Assembly (NCBI GenBank): GCA_963668675.2
Contig: CAXXMB010000002.1
Coordinates: 2,304,001-2,368,000 of the forward strand
Origin: an uncultured Desulfatitalea sp.
Lineage (GTDB): Bacteria; Desulfobacterota; Desulfobacteria; Desulfobacterales; Desulfosarcinaceae
Reading direction: 5' to 3'
Length of the DNA: 64,000 bases
Shown here piece by piece: positions 20,015 to 28,574 of the stretch (position 1 is the stretch's first letter; each line of letters begins with the position of its first letter). The notes under the pieces are model-generated. The model was not told the DNA's origin. It made no database searches and saw only the letters and a list, made by a program, of their open reading frames with translations. Made by a program: the position numbers and the translations under genes.

Positions 20015-20464
20015 ATGAAGAGACGGTCATTGGCATTGATGGTTGTTGCAGCACTGGTGATGGTTATGGCGACGGCAGCCGCAATCTATGCGGCCACCGC
20101 ACCGGCTGAAATCAAGATGGAGGCGGCCTACAAACACAAGAAGAGCACTGTCGTTTTCACCCACCAGAAACACATCACCGATCACAAGATCACATGCGGA
20201 GAGTGTCACCACGATGATAAGGGGCAGCCGTTGAAGGATCTCAAAGATGGTGATCCGGTGAAAAGCTGCTTCGATTGCCACAACAAGCCCGGTGAATTGA
20301 AGGGTAAGAAGGCCAAGGGGTTGTCCTCTGAAGAGAAGTTGGCTTACCATGCGAATGCGCTTCATAAGAACTGCATCGATTGCCACAAGAAGTATAACAA
20401 AGAGAACAAGACCAAAGCGGCACCACAGAAGTGCACGGATTGCCATCCCAAAAAGAAGAAGTAG
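20015..20464 (+). CDS. Periplasmic tetraheme cytochrome c3
   Basis: Signal peptide; VVFTHQKH; four heme motifs CGECH, CFDCH, CIDCH, CTDCH; Lys-rich. Confidence 0.95.
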   Translation: MKRRSLALMVVAALVMVMATAAAIYAATAPAEIKMEAAYKHKKSTVVFTHQKHITDHKITCGECHHDDKGQPLKDLKDGDPVKSCFDCHNKPGELKGKKAKGLSSEEKLAYHANALHKNCIDCHKKYNKENKTKAAPQKCTDCHPKKKK

Positions 20465-20494
20465 TTCTGGGGATATCGGAATTTTTTCAAGCAG

Positions 20495-20536
20495 AAAGGG
20501 CCGGTTGCCTTGGGGCAACCGGCCCTTTTCTTTTTT
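20495..20536 (+). terminator. Rho-independent terminator after cytochrome c3
   Basis: AAAGGGCCGGTTGCC-TTGG-GGCAACCGGCCCTTT followed by TCTTTTTT. Confidence 0.9.
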
Positions 20537-20644
20537 ATTCTCATTGCGCCATCAAGCCGGAGCGCTCTCGCCTTGAGATCGTCTGATCACTTTCGATCCC
20601 GGGCAGACATCTGCAGCGGTCTTGCCGTGCCGTATGTGCGGGTG

Positions 20645-20812
20645 TTACACCTCTTCGAGGTCCGTCACGCACTCTTCACTCTGGGCATGGTTGCCGGCCC
20701 ATCTGACCAGTACGTAATCGGGCTTGCCCTGCACCGATCCCTCGACAATACCGCACGAGCCATCCATTTTGCGGCTGAAATCTCTATAGGTTACCATTGA
20801 GCCTTGATCCAT
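20645..20812 (-). CDS. 55-aa small protein, possibly an SH3/KOW-like beta barrel
   Basis: MDQGSMVTYRDFSRKMDGSCGIVEGSVQGKPDYVLVRWAGNHAQSEECVTDLEEV*. AAGGGGTG RBS and an upstream sigma54-type promoter. Not in the ORF track. Confidence 0.65.
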   Translation of the reverse strand: MDQGSMVTYRDFSRKMDGSCGIVEGSVQGKPDYVLVRWAGNHAQSEECVTDLEEV

Positions 20813-20850
20813 CTTCTTTCACCCCTTGTCGTAGCATTAGCCTCTCAAGC

Positions 20851-20866
20851 AGCAAAAACCATGCCG
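20851..20866 (-). promoter_or_regulatory. Sigma54 (-24/-12) promoter
   Basis: Minus strand reads CGGCATGGTTTTTGCT (GG-N10-GC), about 40 bp upstream of the 55-aa ORF. Confidence 0.6.
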
Positions 20867-21219
20867 CCTATCGGGCGATATTTCCGCGCAGCTGAAATTG
20901 GATCTGTTATATCAATTACATATGGCAACACTCCACTTCCGGGCAAGCCGTGTTTTCCCAAGGAAAACGAGTCGTTTGTAAATCCAGATACATAATGAGT
21001 GTGAAGCTTTTTTCCCATTGTGGTGTGCCAAACCAGTTGGGTCACGGCCGATAAGTGTTTCAACCGACAGACAACCCTTATCAGTGTCTATCGGTTTTGG
21101 CAAGGCTCAACATATAGGCGTATTTAAACGGATTAACACCATGGATGGTGGTCTGGACGGATAGACGATAGTGGCTTGTCAAGGATTTCGCATCGAACAG
21201 AACCCTGTTTTGTGCCACG

Positions 21220-24200
21220 TCACATATTGCGGCGGTATTTTCCACCGACTTCATACAGCGCCTGGGTAATTTGGCCCAAGCTGCAGAAGCGCACGGTCTC
21301 CATCAGGGCTTCGAAGGTGTTGCCGTCGTTGAGGGCCGCCTGCTGGAGTTGCTTCAGTGCCGCGGGGGCCTGCTCGGCATTGCGTTGCTGGAAGGTGCGC
21401 AGCCGGTCCAGTTGGCAGCGCTTCTCTTCGGGAGTCGATCGGGCCAGTTCGACAGTGAAGTGATCCTCGAAGGAGGCATCGCCGACGTGGGGGTCCCGGA
21501 AGGTGTTGACGCCGATGATGGGCAGTTCACCGGTGTGTTTTAGGGTTTCGTAGTAGATCGACTCCTCCTGGATTTTGCTCCGTTGGTATCCGGTCTCCAT
21601 TGCGCCGAGCACACCGCCACGGCGGGTGATGCGGTCGAATTCGGCCAGTACTGCCTCCTCCACCAGATCGGTCAACTGCTCAACAATAAAGCTGCCCTGC
21701 AGTGGGTTTTCATTCTTGGCCAGTCCCCACTCGCGGTTGATGATCATCTGAATGGCCAGGGCCCGGCGCACCGACTCTTCGGTGGGGGTGGTGATCGCTT
21801 CGTCAAAGGCATTGGTGTGCAGGCTCTGGCAGTTGTCGTAGATGGCGCAAAGGGCCTGCAGGCTGGTGCGGATGTCGTTGAACTGGATGTCCTGGCTGTG
21901 CAGGGAGCGGCCCGAGGTCTGGATGTGGTACTTGAGCATTTGCGATCGCGATCCGCCACCGTAAAGGTCGCGCAGAGCGATGGCCCAGATGCGGCGGGCC
22001 ACCCGGCCGATGACGGTGTACTCCGGGTCCATACCGTTGGAGAAGAAGAAGGAGAGGTTGGGGCCGAAGCTGTCGATGGGCATTCCCCTGGAGAGGTAGT
22101 ATTCGAGATACGTAAAGCCGTTTGCCAAGGTAAAGGCGAGCTGTGAGATGGGGTTGGCGCCGGCTTCGGCAATGTGATAGCCCGAGATCGAAACACTGTA
22201 GAAGTTGCGTACCCGGTGATCCACGAAGTACTGCTGGATGTCGCCCATCATGCGCAGGGCAAAGTCGATGGAGAAGATACAGGTGTTCTGCCCCTGGTCC
22301 TCTTTGAGGATGTCGGCCTGCACCGTGCCGCGCACCGATGAAAGGGCCTCGGACTTGAGGGTGGCGTACTCCTGGGCGTCCGGGGTGCGGCCCTTCTCTG
22401 CCGTGAAGCGGTCGACCTGCTGATCGATGGCCGTGTTGAGAAACATGGCCAGCATGATGGGGGCCGGTCCGTTGATGGTCATAGAGACCGATGTGGTGGG
22501 CGCGCACAGGTCGAAACCGTCATAGAGGGTTTTGACATCGTCCAGGGTGCAGACGCTCACGCCGGCATTGCCGATCTTGCCGTAGATGTCGGGGCGCTCG
22601 TCGGGATCGAATCCGTAGAGCGTCACGGAATCGAAGGCGGTTGAGAGCCGCTTGGCCGAGCTGTCGGCTGAGAGCATCTTAAAGCGCCGGTTGGTGCGGG
22701 CCGGGTCGCCCTCGCCGGCAAACATGCGGGTGGGGTCTTCGCCGGTGCGTTTGAGCGGGAAGACGCCGGACGTAAAAGGAAAGAAGCCGGGCAGGTGCTC
22801 GCGCCGCAACCAGCGGAACAGAGTCCCGGGCTCATCAAAGTCAGGCAGGGCGATTTTGGGAATTTGGTTTTGAGACAGTGACGCATAGTAGAGGGGGGTG
22901 CGCACCTCGTTGTCGCGCACCCGGTAAACCAGCTGCTTCTGGCTGTATTGCTGCTTGATCTCTTCCCAATCTTCCAACAACCGGCTGCTTGCCGGGTCGA
23001 CGGACTGGCGAGCGCGGGCCACCTCCTCCTTGAGACGGGTGAGAAGATTATCGCTCTTTTCGTCGGAGACGGATTGGCCTGCCTGTTCGAGGGCCCATAC
23101 CCGGCGCAGCAATTCGGTCTGCTGCTCGGTCTGGCGGTGATAGCGGCGGACAGCCGAGGAGATCTCTGCCAAGTAGCGGGTGCGCTCCGGAGGAATGATA
23201 ATGGTCTGGGAGCTGGAGGTGGCAGTGGCCGGCTTGGGCAGGGTCGATTCAAAGGTCACTCCGGTTCGCGCTTCGATGGCATTCAACAGGGCGTGGTAGA
23301 GTGCCGTAACGCCGTCATCGTTGAATTTGGCCGCGATGGTGCCGAACACCGGCATCTGCTCGGGCGGGCGGTCGAAGGCGGTGCGGTTGCGCTGCACCTG
23401 CTTGCGCACATCGCGCACCGCATCCTCTCCACCGCGCTTTTCGTATTTGTTGACGGCGATCAGATCCGCATAGTCGAGCATGTCGATCTTTTCGAGCTGG
23501 GAAGCGGCCCCGAACTCGCTGGTCATGACATAGAGCGAAACGTCGCAGAGGTCGATGATGCTCGAATCGCCTTGGCCGATGCCGGCCGTTTCGAGAAATA
23601 TCAGGTTGAACCCGGCAGCCTTGGCGACCTTGATCGCATCGCCCAGGGATTCGGGGATTTCGGTCTGGGATGCGCGGGTGGCCACCGAGCGCATGAAAAT
23701 GCGTGGATTGCCGATGGCGTTCATGCGGATGCGGTCGCCCAGCAGGGCGCCTCCGGTCTTGCGGCGGGAGGGGTCGGCACTGAAGATGGCGGCCGTCAGA
23801 TCAGGCTGGTCGAGCAGAAGACGCTGAATCAATTCGTCGGTCAGCGAGGATTTGCCCGATCCGCCGGTGCCGGTGATGCCGACCACCGGAGTGGTGTGAT
23901 CGGCGGCTTTGGCATCCATTTGCCGGCGCCACTGCTCCAGACGATCCGGTTCCCGGATCTGCTCGACGCGCGTGATAAGGTTGGCCACACGTGTTCTGTT
24001 TTGGGGGGTCAGGTCTTGGAGGTCAAAGTGGTCATCCCGGAGAGCCGAGAAGTCCAATGTCTCGACCATATGGTTGATGATGCCCTGGAGCCCCAGGCGT
24101 GACCCGTCTTCGGGGGTATAGATCTTGGACACCCCGTACGCCTCCAGCTCCTCGACCTCGGCCGGTACAATCACACCGCCGCCACCGCCGAACACGTTGA

Positions 24201-24486
24201 CATGGGGCGCACCGGCATCTCTCAGCAGATCCACCAGGTATTTGAAGAACTCCAGGTGGCCGCCCTGGTAGGAGGAGACGGCCACTCCCTGCACATCCTC
24301 TTCGATGGCGGCGTCCACGATCTCCTGCACGGAGCGGTTGTGTCCCAAGTGGATCACCTCGACGCCGGTGGCTTGCAGCAGCCGGCGGTAGATGTTGATG
24401 GCGGCATCGTGGCCGTCGAAAAGGGCGGTGGCGGTGACCACTCGGATCGGGTGGTTGGGTCTATAGATGGTGTCGGGGTGGTCCAT
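21220..24486 (-). CDS. icmF: Fused isobutyryl-CoA mutase / MeaI GTPase (B12-dependent)
   Basis: N-terminal B12 domain FDGHD..SSYQGGH, GTPase GTGGSGKSS / NKYE, mutase domain DPTRMFAGEG, QADILKEDQGQN; 1088 aa. Confidence 0.96.
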   Translation of the reverse strand: MDHPDTIYRPNHPIRVVTATALFDGHDAAINIYRRLLQATGVEVIHLGHNRSVQEIVDAAIEEDVQGVAVSSYQGGHLEFFKYLVDLLRDAGAPHVNVFGGGGGVIVPAEVEELEAYGVSKIYTPEDGSRLGLQGIINHMVETLDFSALRDDHFDLQDLTPQNRTRVANLITRVEQIREPDRLEQWRRQMDAKAADHTTPVVGITGTGGSGKSSLTDELIQRLLLDQPDLTAAIFSADPSRRKTGGALLGDRIRMNAIGNPRIFMRSVATRASQTEIPESLGDAIKVAKAAGFNLIFLETAGIGQGDSSIIDLCDVSLYVMTSEFGAASQLEKIDMLDYADLIAVNKYEKRGGEDAVRDVRKQVQRNRTAFDRPPEQMPVFGTIAAKFNDDGVTALYHALLNAIEARTGVTFESTLPKPATATSSSQTIIIPPERTRYLAEISSAVRRYHRQTEQQTELLRRVWALEQAGQSVSDEKSDNLLTRLKEEVARARQSVDPASSRLLEDWEEIKQQYSQKQLVYRVRDNEVRTPLYYASLSQNQIPKIALPDFDEPGTLFRWLRREHLPGFFPFTSGVFPLKRTGEDPTRMFAGEGDPARTNRRFKMLSADSSAKRLSTAFDSVTLYGFDPDERPDIYGKIGNAGVSVCTLDDVKTLYDGFDLCAPTTSVSMTINGPAPIMLAMFLNTAIDQQVDRFTAEKGRTPDAQEYATLKSEALSSVRGTVQADILKEDQGQNTCIFSIDFALRMMGDIQQYFVDHRVRNFYSVSISGYHIAEAGANPISQLAFTLANGFTYLEYYLSRGMPIDSFGPNLSFFFSNGMDPEYTVIGRVARRIWAIALRDLYGGGSRSQMLKYHIQTSGRSLHSQDIQFNDIRTSLQALCAIYDNCQSLHTNAFDEAITTPTEESVRRALAIQMIINREWGLAKNENPLQGSFIVEQLTDLVEEAVLAEFDRITRRGGVLGAMETGYQRSKIQEESIYYETLKHTGELPIIGVNTFRDPHVGDASFEDHFTVELARSTPEEKRCQLDRLRTFQQRNAEQAPAALKQLQQAALNDGNTFEALMETVRFCSLGQITQALYEVGGKYRRNM

Positions 24487-24489
24487 GGA

Positions 24490-25218
24490 TCACTCCTTTC
24501 TATATGTTGCGCTCTCTCTGCGCGGTTCGGTCCGACCCTTGGTCCGGGTCTTCCCTGGGCAGGTCGTTTCGCGCGGGACGGCCTCTTGGCAGCGGTCGAG
24601 GATGAAGTCGGTCTGAATGCGGGTGTAGTCATCAATGGTGTAGCGGCCGGCCAGGAACCAGCGCCGGAAGGCCCACATATGGCCAATCACCGAGATGTTG
24701 TGGGCAATCAGGGCGAGGGTGTCGTCATCCATGGCTGCCAGCTCGCCCTCCCGGACAAGCTGGCGCAGTACGCCGGCAAAGAGATCGGTGATGCGGATCT
24801 CGTTTGATAGCAACTCCTTACGCCATTTGCCGGGTAGGGATTGCGTCTCCTGATAGATCAGCAGAATGTGATCTCCCATGCGGTGGCACACCTGGAGATA
24901 CTCCCGTATGACCGCAGCCAGGGGGTGGGTATTCGGATCGGAAAGCTTGAGGGCGTCACTGACCGCATTCTGCATCTCGGTGTGAATCACCGTGCAGACC
25001 AGGTAGAGGATATCCTCTTTGGTCGAGACATATTCGTAGAGCAAACCGTTTGATATACCGGCTGCCCGGGCAATCTGGCGGGTGGTGGTCTTGTGGAAGC
25101 CGCGTTCGAGAAACATCTCCACGGCTGCGTCTGCGATCTGGGTGCGCCGCCGCTCGACCAGGTGCTTGTCCTTGACTTGGGTGGGGATCTCTCTGAAGGC
25201 GGTGTTTCTGATTGCCAT
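24490..25218 (-). CDS. TetR-family regulator
   Basis: IADAAVEMFLERGFHKTTTRQIARAAGISNGLLYEY HTH. Start set at 25218. Confidence 0.92.
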   Translation of the reverse strand: MAIRNTAFREIPTQVKDKHLVERRRTQIADAAVEMFLERGFHKTTTRQIARAAGISNGLLYEYVSTKEDILYLVCTVIHTEMQNAVSDALKLSDPNTHPLAAVIREYLQVCHRMGDHILLIYQETQSLPGKWRKELLSNEIRITDLFAGVLRQLVREGELAAMDDDTLALIAHNISVIGHMWAFRRWFLAGRYTIDDYTRIQTDFILDRCQEAVPRETTCPGKTRTKGRTEPRRESATYRKE

Positions 25219-25294
25219 GATAACCTTTTGCCCCTTTTGTTTAAATTCAGCCGGTTGTTTGCAACACGTGTAAGTGGAGGTCGTGCTGGTCGAT

Positions 25295-25312
25295 ATTGAG
25301 CGGGCGCTCAAT
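25295..25312. promoter_or_regulatory. Palindromic operator, likely TetR
   Basis: ATTGAGCG-GG-CGCTCAAT with perfect 8-bp arms, upstream of the tetR-icmF operon. Confidence 0.7.
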
Positions 25313-25389
25313 CAAAAATAGTTGGACGCCCCGGCGGATGTCAAGCCTTAAATGGTGGCCTCCCGACTGACCGATGACGCACTGATCTC

Positions 25390-25450
25390 TTGACAACAGG
25401 ATAGATGCATGGATATGGTAAAAATCAACTACCGACCGGACGGTAGGTAG
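25390..25450 (+). promoter_or_regulatory. Sigma70 promoter plus second TetR-type operator
   Basis: TTGACA (25390)-N18-TATGGT, then CTACCGACCG-GA-CGGTAGGTAG (25429-25450, 9 of 10 positions palindromic). Confidence 0.6.
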
Positions 25451-25531
25451 CTGTTGCGGACTCGATCCTATGCGTGTTCCCTTCGGTCCGGAAAGTACGC
25501 TGCATCTCACGGATCGGAAAGAGACACCCTT

Positions 25532-26140
25532 ATGACCACGATGAAAGATAAGATCAAGAGAGTGGCCGTCGATCTGTTCTTCAAGAAAGGCTATTTTGCC
25601 ACCAGTATCAGTGAAATCGCCAAAGGATGCGATATTCGCAAAGCCAGCATATATTATCACTACTCCGGGAAAGAGGTGCTCCTGCTGGATATCATGCAGA
25701 CGACCATGCAGGATCTGCTCGTCAGTCTGCAGAAGCGTCTGTCGGATGCGGAGGAGATTGAGGCGAGCGTGCGTGCGGCCGTGCGAAACCATGTGCGGTT
25801 TCACCTGCGGCGCCAGAAGGAGACCTTCATCGCCAGTAGCGAACTCAGGGGGTTATCCGCCGAAAACTTCAAGGTCATCGCCGTCCGGCGTGATGAGTAT
25901 GAGCGCATTTTCCAAGACCTGATCGGCCGGGGTATCGATGACGGCATCTTCGCCGATGGTGATATCAAGATCCTCTCCTATGCGATTTTGACGCTTTGCA
26001 CGGCCGGCGCCTCCTGGTTCCGGCCCGAAGGGCGTCTTTCGGTAGAGCAGATCGCCGAGATTTATGAAAATTTTGTCATTAACGGACTCAAGAGTGCCCA
26101 ATGGGCGTCCGCAGGCCCAAAGGCCAGGGCGGTGTGTTGA
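25532..26140 (+). CDS. TetR-family regulator (KstR2/PaaR-like, probably acyl-CoA responsive)
   Basis: LFFKKGYFATSISEIAK..KASIYYHY.GKE HTH; C-terminal WFRPEGRLS. Confidence 0.9.
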   Translation: MTTMKDKIKRVAVDLFFKKGYFATSISEIAKGCDIRKASIYYHYSGKEVLLLDIMQTTMQDLLVSLQKRLSDAEEIEASVRAAVRNHVRFHLRRQKETFIASSELRGLSAENFKVIAVRRDEYERIFQDLIGRGIDDGIFADGDIKILSYAILTLCTAGASWFRPEGRLSVEQIAEIYENFVINGLKSAQWASAGPKARAVC

Positions 26141-26167
26141 CACCCGTCCGGATCTAGAAAGGAGGGT

Positions 26168-27319
26168 ATGGTGGATTTTGACTTGACCCGGGAACAGGAG
26201 ATGATCCGCAGGGAGGTGCGCGCCTTCGCCGAGAAAGAGATCGCACCGGTTGCTGCAGAACTGGATGACCAGGAGATCTTTTCGCCCGAGCTGACGCGCA
26301 AGATGGGTGAAATCGGTCTCTTCGGCATGATCGTTGACGAGGCGTATGACGGCCAGGACCTGGACTATCTCTCTTATATCATCGCCGTCGAGGAGGTCGC
26401 CCGGGTGGACGGCTCCCAGGCAGCCACCATCGCGGCGGGCAACTCGTTGGGGATCGGGCCCCTCTTTTACTTCGGCACCGAGGAGCAGAAGCACAAATAC
26501 CTGCCGCCCCTGTGCCGCGGCGAGGCGCTGTGGGGCTTTGGCCTGACCGAGCCCACAGCCGGATCGGACGCCGGGGGGAGCAAGACCACGGCGGTCAAGG
26601 ATGGCGACCACTGGGTGCTCAACGGCTCCAAGATCTTTATCACCAATGCGGCCTGCGACATGACGTTGGGTGTTACGGTGCAGGCAGTGACCGGCACGCG
26701 ACCGGGCGGCAAACCCGAGTACACCTGTTTCCTGGTCGAGCGGGGAACGCCCGGATTCAATGCTGTTCCCATGAAGGGCAAACTGATGTGGCGTGCATCC
26801 AATACGGCGGAGCTCTATTTCGACGATGTACGGGTGCCCGAAGAGAATATGCTGGGTCGCCAGGGTGACGGGTTTCATCAAATGCTCCAGACCCTGGATG
26901 GCGGCCGGCTCTCCATTGGGGCCATGGGGTTGGGTGGCGCCGTGGGGGCCTATGATCTGGCCCTCAAGTACGCCCGCAGCCGCGAGCAGTTCGGCCAACC
27001 GATCTCCAAGTTCCAGGCCGTGGCTTTCAAGTTGGCCGACAGCGCCATGGAGATCGAGTGCGGCCGGAACCTGCTCTACAAGGCGTGCTGGCTGCGCGAC
27101 CGGCATCGCCCTTTTGCCAAGGAGGCGGCCATGGCCAAGCTTTACTGCTCCGAGTTGATGGGGCGGGTGGCCGACCATGCCGTCCAGATCCATGGCGGGT
27201 ACGGGTTGATGAAAGACTACCATGTGGAGCGGTTTTACCGGGACCATAAACTGCTGGAGATCGGTGAGGGGACGTCTGAGGTGCAGCGGCTGGTGATATC
27301 GCGGCATATTGGGTGTTAG
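26168..27319 (+). CDS. Acyl-CoA dehydrogenase (short/branched chain, isovaleryl-CoA DH-like)
   Basis: LTEPTAGSD, LNGSKIFITN, REQFGQPI, QIHGGYG, IGEGTSEVQR. Confidence 0.92.
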   Translation: MVDFDLTREQEMIRREVRAFAEKEIAPVAAELDDQEIFSPELTRKMGEIGLFGMIVDEAYDGQDLDYLSYIIAVEEVARVDGSQAATIAAGNSLGIGPLFYFGTEEQKHKYLPPLCRGEALWGFGLTEPTAGSDAGGSKTTAVKDGDHWVLNGSKIFITNAACDMTLGVTVQAVTGTRPGGKPEYTCFLVERGTPGFNAVPMKGKLMWRASNTAELYFDDVRVPEENMLGRQGDGFHQMLQTLDGGRLSIGAMGLGGAVGAYDLALKYARSREQFGQPISKFQAVAFKLADSAMEIECGRNLLYKACWLRDRHRPFAKEAAMAKLYCSELMGRVADHAVQIHGGYGLMKDYHVERFYRDHKLLEIGEGTSEVQRLVISRHIGC

Positions 27320-27401
27320 TCGATAATATGAATGAGGAAAGTTACACAGCAGTGCCGATTGGAAGGGGCGCGACAAATTGTAACGTTGTGGGCTGTTATC
27401 C

Positions 27402-27581
27402 GGCGGGTCCATTGGGTGGTCTGCACCTCACGCAAACGCATGCAAGTGCCGCTAAGGTGCAGTTCCGGGCGGCCCGGAAACTCGCTGCGCTCAAACAAGT
27501 TCGGACCGCTGATCCTCCACAGCACCTAAGCGGCACTAACATGCGATGCTCAAGAGGTGCAGACCACCCAATGGACCCGCC
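27402..27581. mobile_element. 180-bp foldback element (MITE/REPIN-like) with perfect 28-bp terminal inverted repeats
   Basis: GGCGGGTCCATTGGGTGGTCTGCACCTC (27402-27429) and its exact reverse complement (27554-27581); inner imperfect IR; flanked by TCC on both sides. Confidence 0.65.
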
Positions 27582-27652
27582 TCCATCTGTGAAATATGCG
27601 AAAATTGTAAGTTGACGAATATAGTTTTCAAGAGGCCAAAATAGGGGGGGCA

Positions 27653-28435
27653 ATGGATGAAAAACTGGTGAAATGTGAGGTCGACGATGGCATTGCAACC
27701 GTCATCTTGAATCGGCCCGAGGTGATGAATTCGTTCAATTTTGCGATGCTCAGGGCCCTGGAGGCGCAGATGGCCTTGCTTCGTTTCGACACCTCCGCCC
27801 GTGTGATTATCGTCACGGGGGCCGGGGATCGGGCCTTCAGCGCCGGAGCCGATCTTAAGGAGCGGGCTGGCATGTCCCCCGACGAGGTCAAGGCGTTCAT
27901 CTACACCATCCGCCGCCTCATGGATGATGTCGAGCAGTTCCCCCGGCCGGTGATCGCAGCGGTCAACGGCGTTGCCCTGGGCGGCGGCACCGAACTGGCC
28001 CTGGCCTCCGACATTCGTTTGGCTTCGGAGACGGCGACCATGGGACTGACCGAGGCACGGCTGGCCATCATCCCGGGTGCCGGCGGTACCCAGCGCCTGC
28101 CGCGACTGGTGGGCAGAGGCGTGGCCAAGGAGTTGATTTTCACCGGGCGTCGCATCGATGCCCGCAAGGCTCTGAAAATCGGTATGGTCAACCATGTATA
28201 CCCGGCCGGCGATCTGATGGAGGAGGCCCGCTGCCTGGCTCGCGAAATTTGCCAGTCCGGACCCGTGGCCGTGGAGCAGGCCAAATATGCCATCAACCGT
28301 GGTCTGGAGACAGACTTGGCTACCGGTCTGGCCATCGAGTCAAACGCATACTGGTTGTGCATACCCACAGAAGATCGGTTGGAAGGACTTGCCGCCTTCA
28401 GAGAGAAGCGCAAGCCAATTTATAAAGGAAGATAG
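27653..28435 (+). CDS. Enoyl-CoA hydratase (methylglutaconyl-CoA hydratase-like)
   Basis: AFSAGADLKER, ALGGGTELAL, LTEARLAIIPGAGGTQRLPR. Confidence 0.92.
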   Translation: MDEKLVKCEVDDGIATVILNRPEVMNSFNFAMLRALEAQMALLRFDTSARVIIVTGAGDRAFSAGADLKERAGMSPDEVKAFIYTIRRLMDDVEQFPRPVIAAVNGVALGGGTELALASDIRLASETATMGLTEARLAIIPGAGGTQRLPRLVGRGVAKELIFTGRRIDARKALKIGMVNHVYPAGDLMEEARCLAREICQSGPVAVEQAKYAINRGLETDLATGLAIESNAYWLCIPTEDRLEGLAAFREKRKPIYKGR

Positions 28436-28476
28436 TAAGAAGTTTAAAGTGAAGGAATTTTATCGTTAAAACGGAT

Positions 28477-28501
28477 GTAGGGGCGGGGTTCATCCCCGCC
28501 C
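28477..28501 (+). repeat. GTAG-family REP element
   Basis: GTAG + GGGCGGGG-TTCAT-CCCCGCCC hairpin in the intergenic space. Confidence 0.7.
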
Positions 28502-28574
28502 GAGCAACAGCACCGAGGCCATGAATTGTTCTATATAAAAAGACATTCACAAAATAACGATTGAGGGTAACGCC

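Noticed and set aside
20015..20092. RR in the cytochrome c3 signal peptide as a Tat signal, given the adjacent tatBC
   Set aside because: It lacks the S/T-R-R-x-F-L-K consensus, c-type cytochromes are normally Sec-exported, and the gene has its own promoter.
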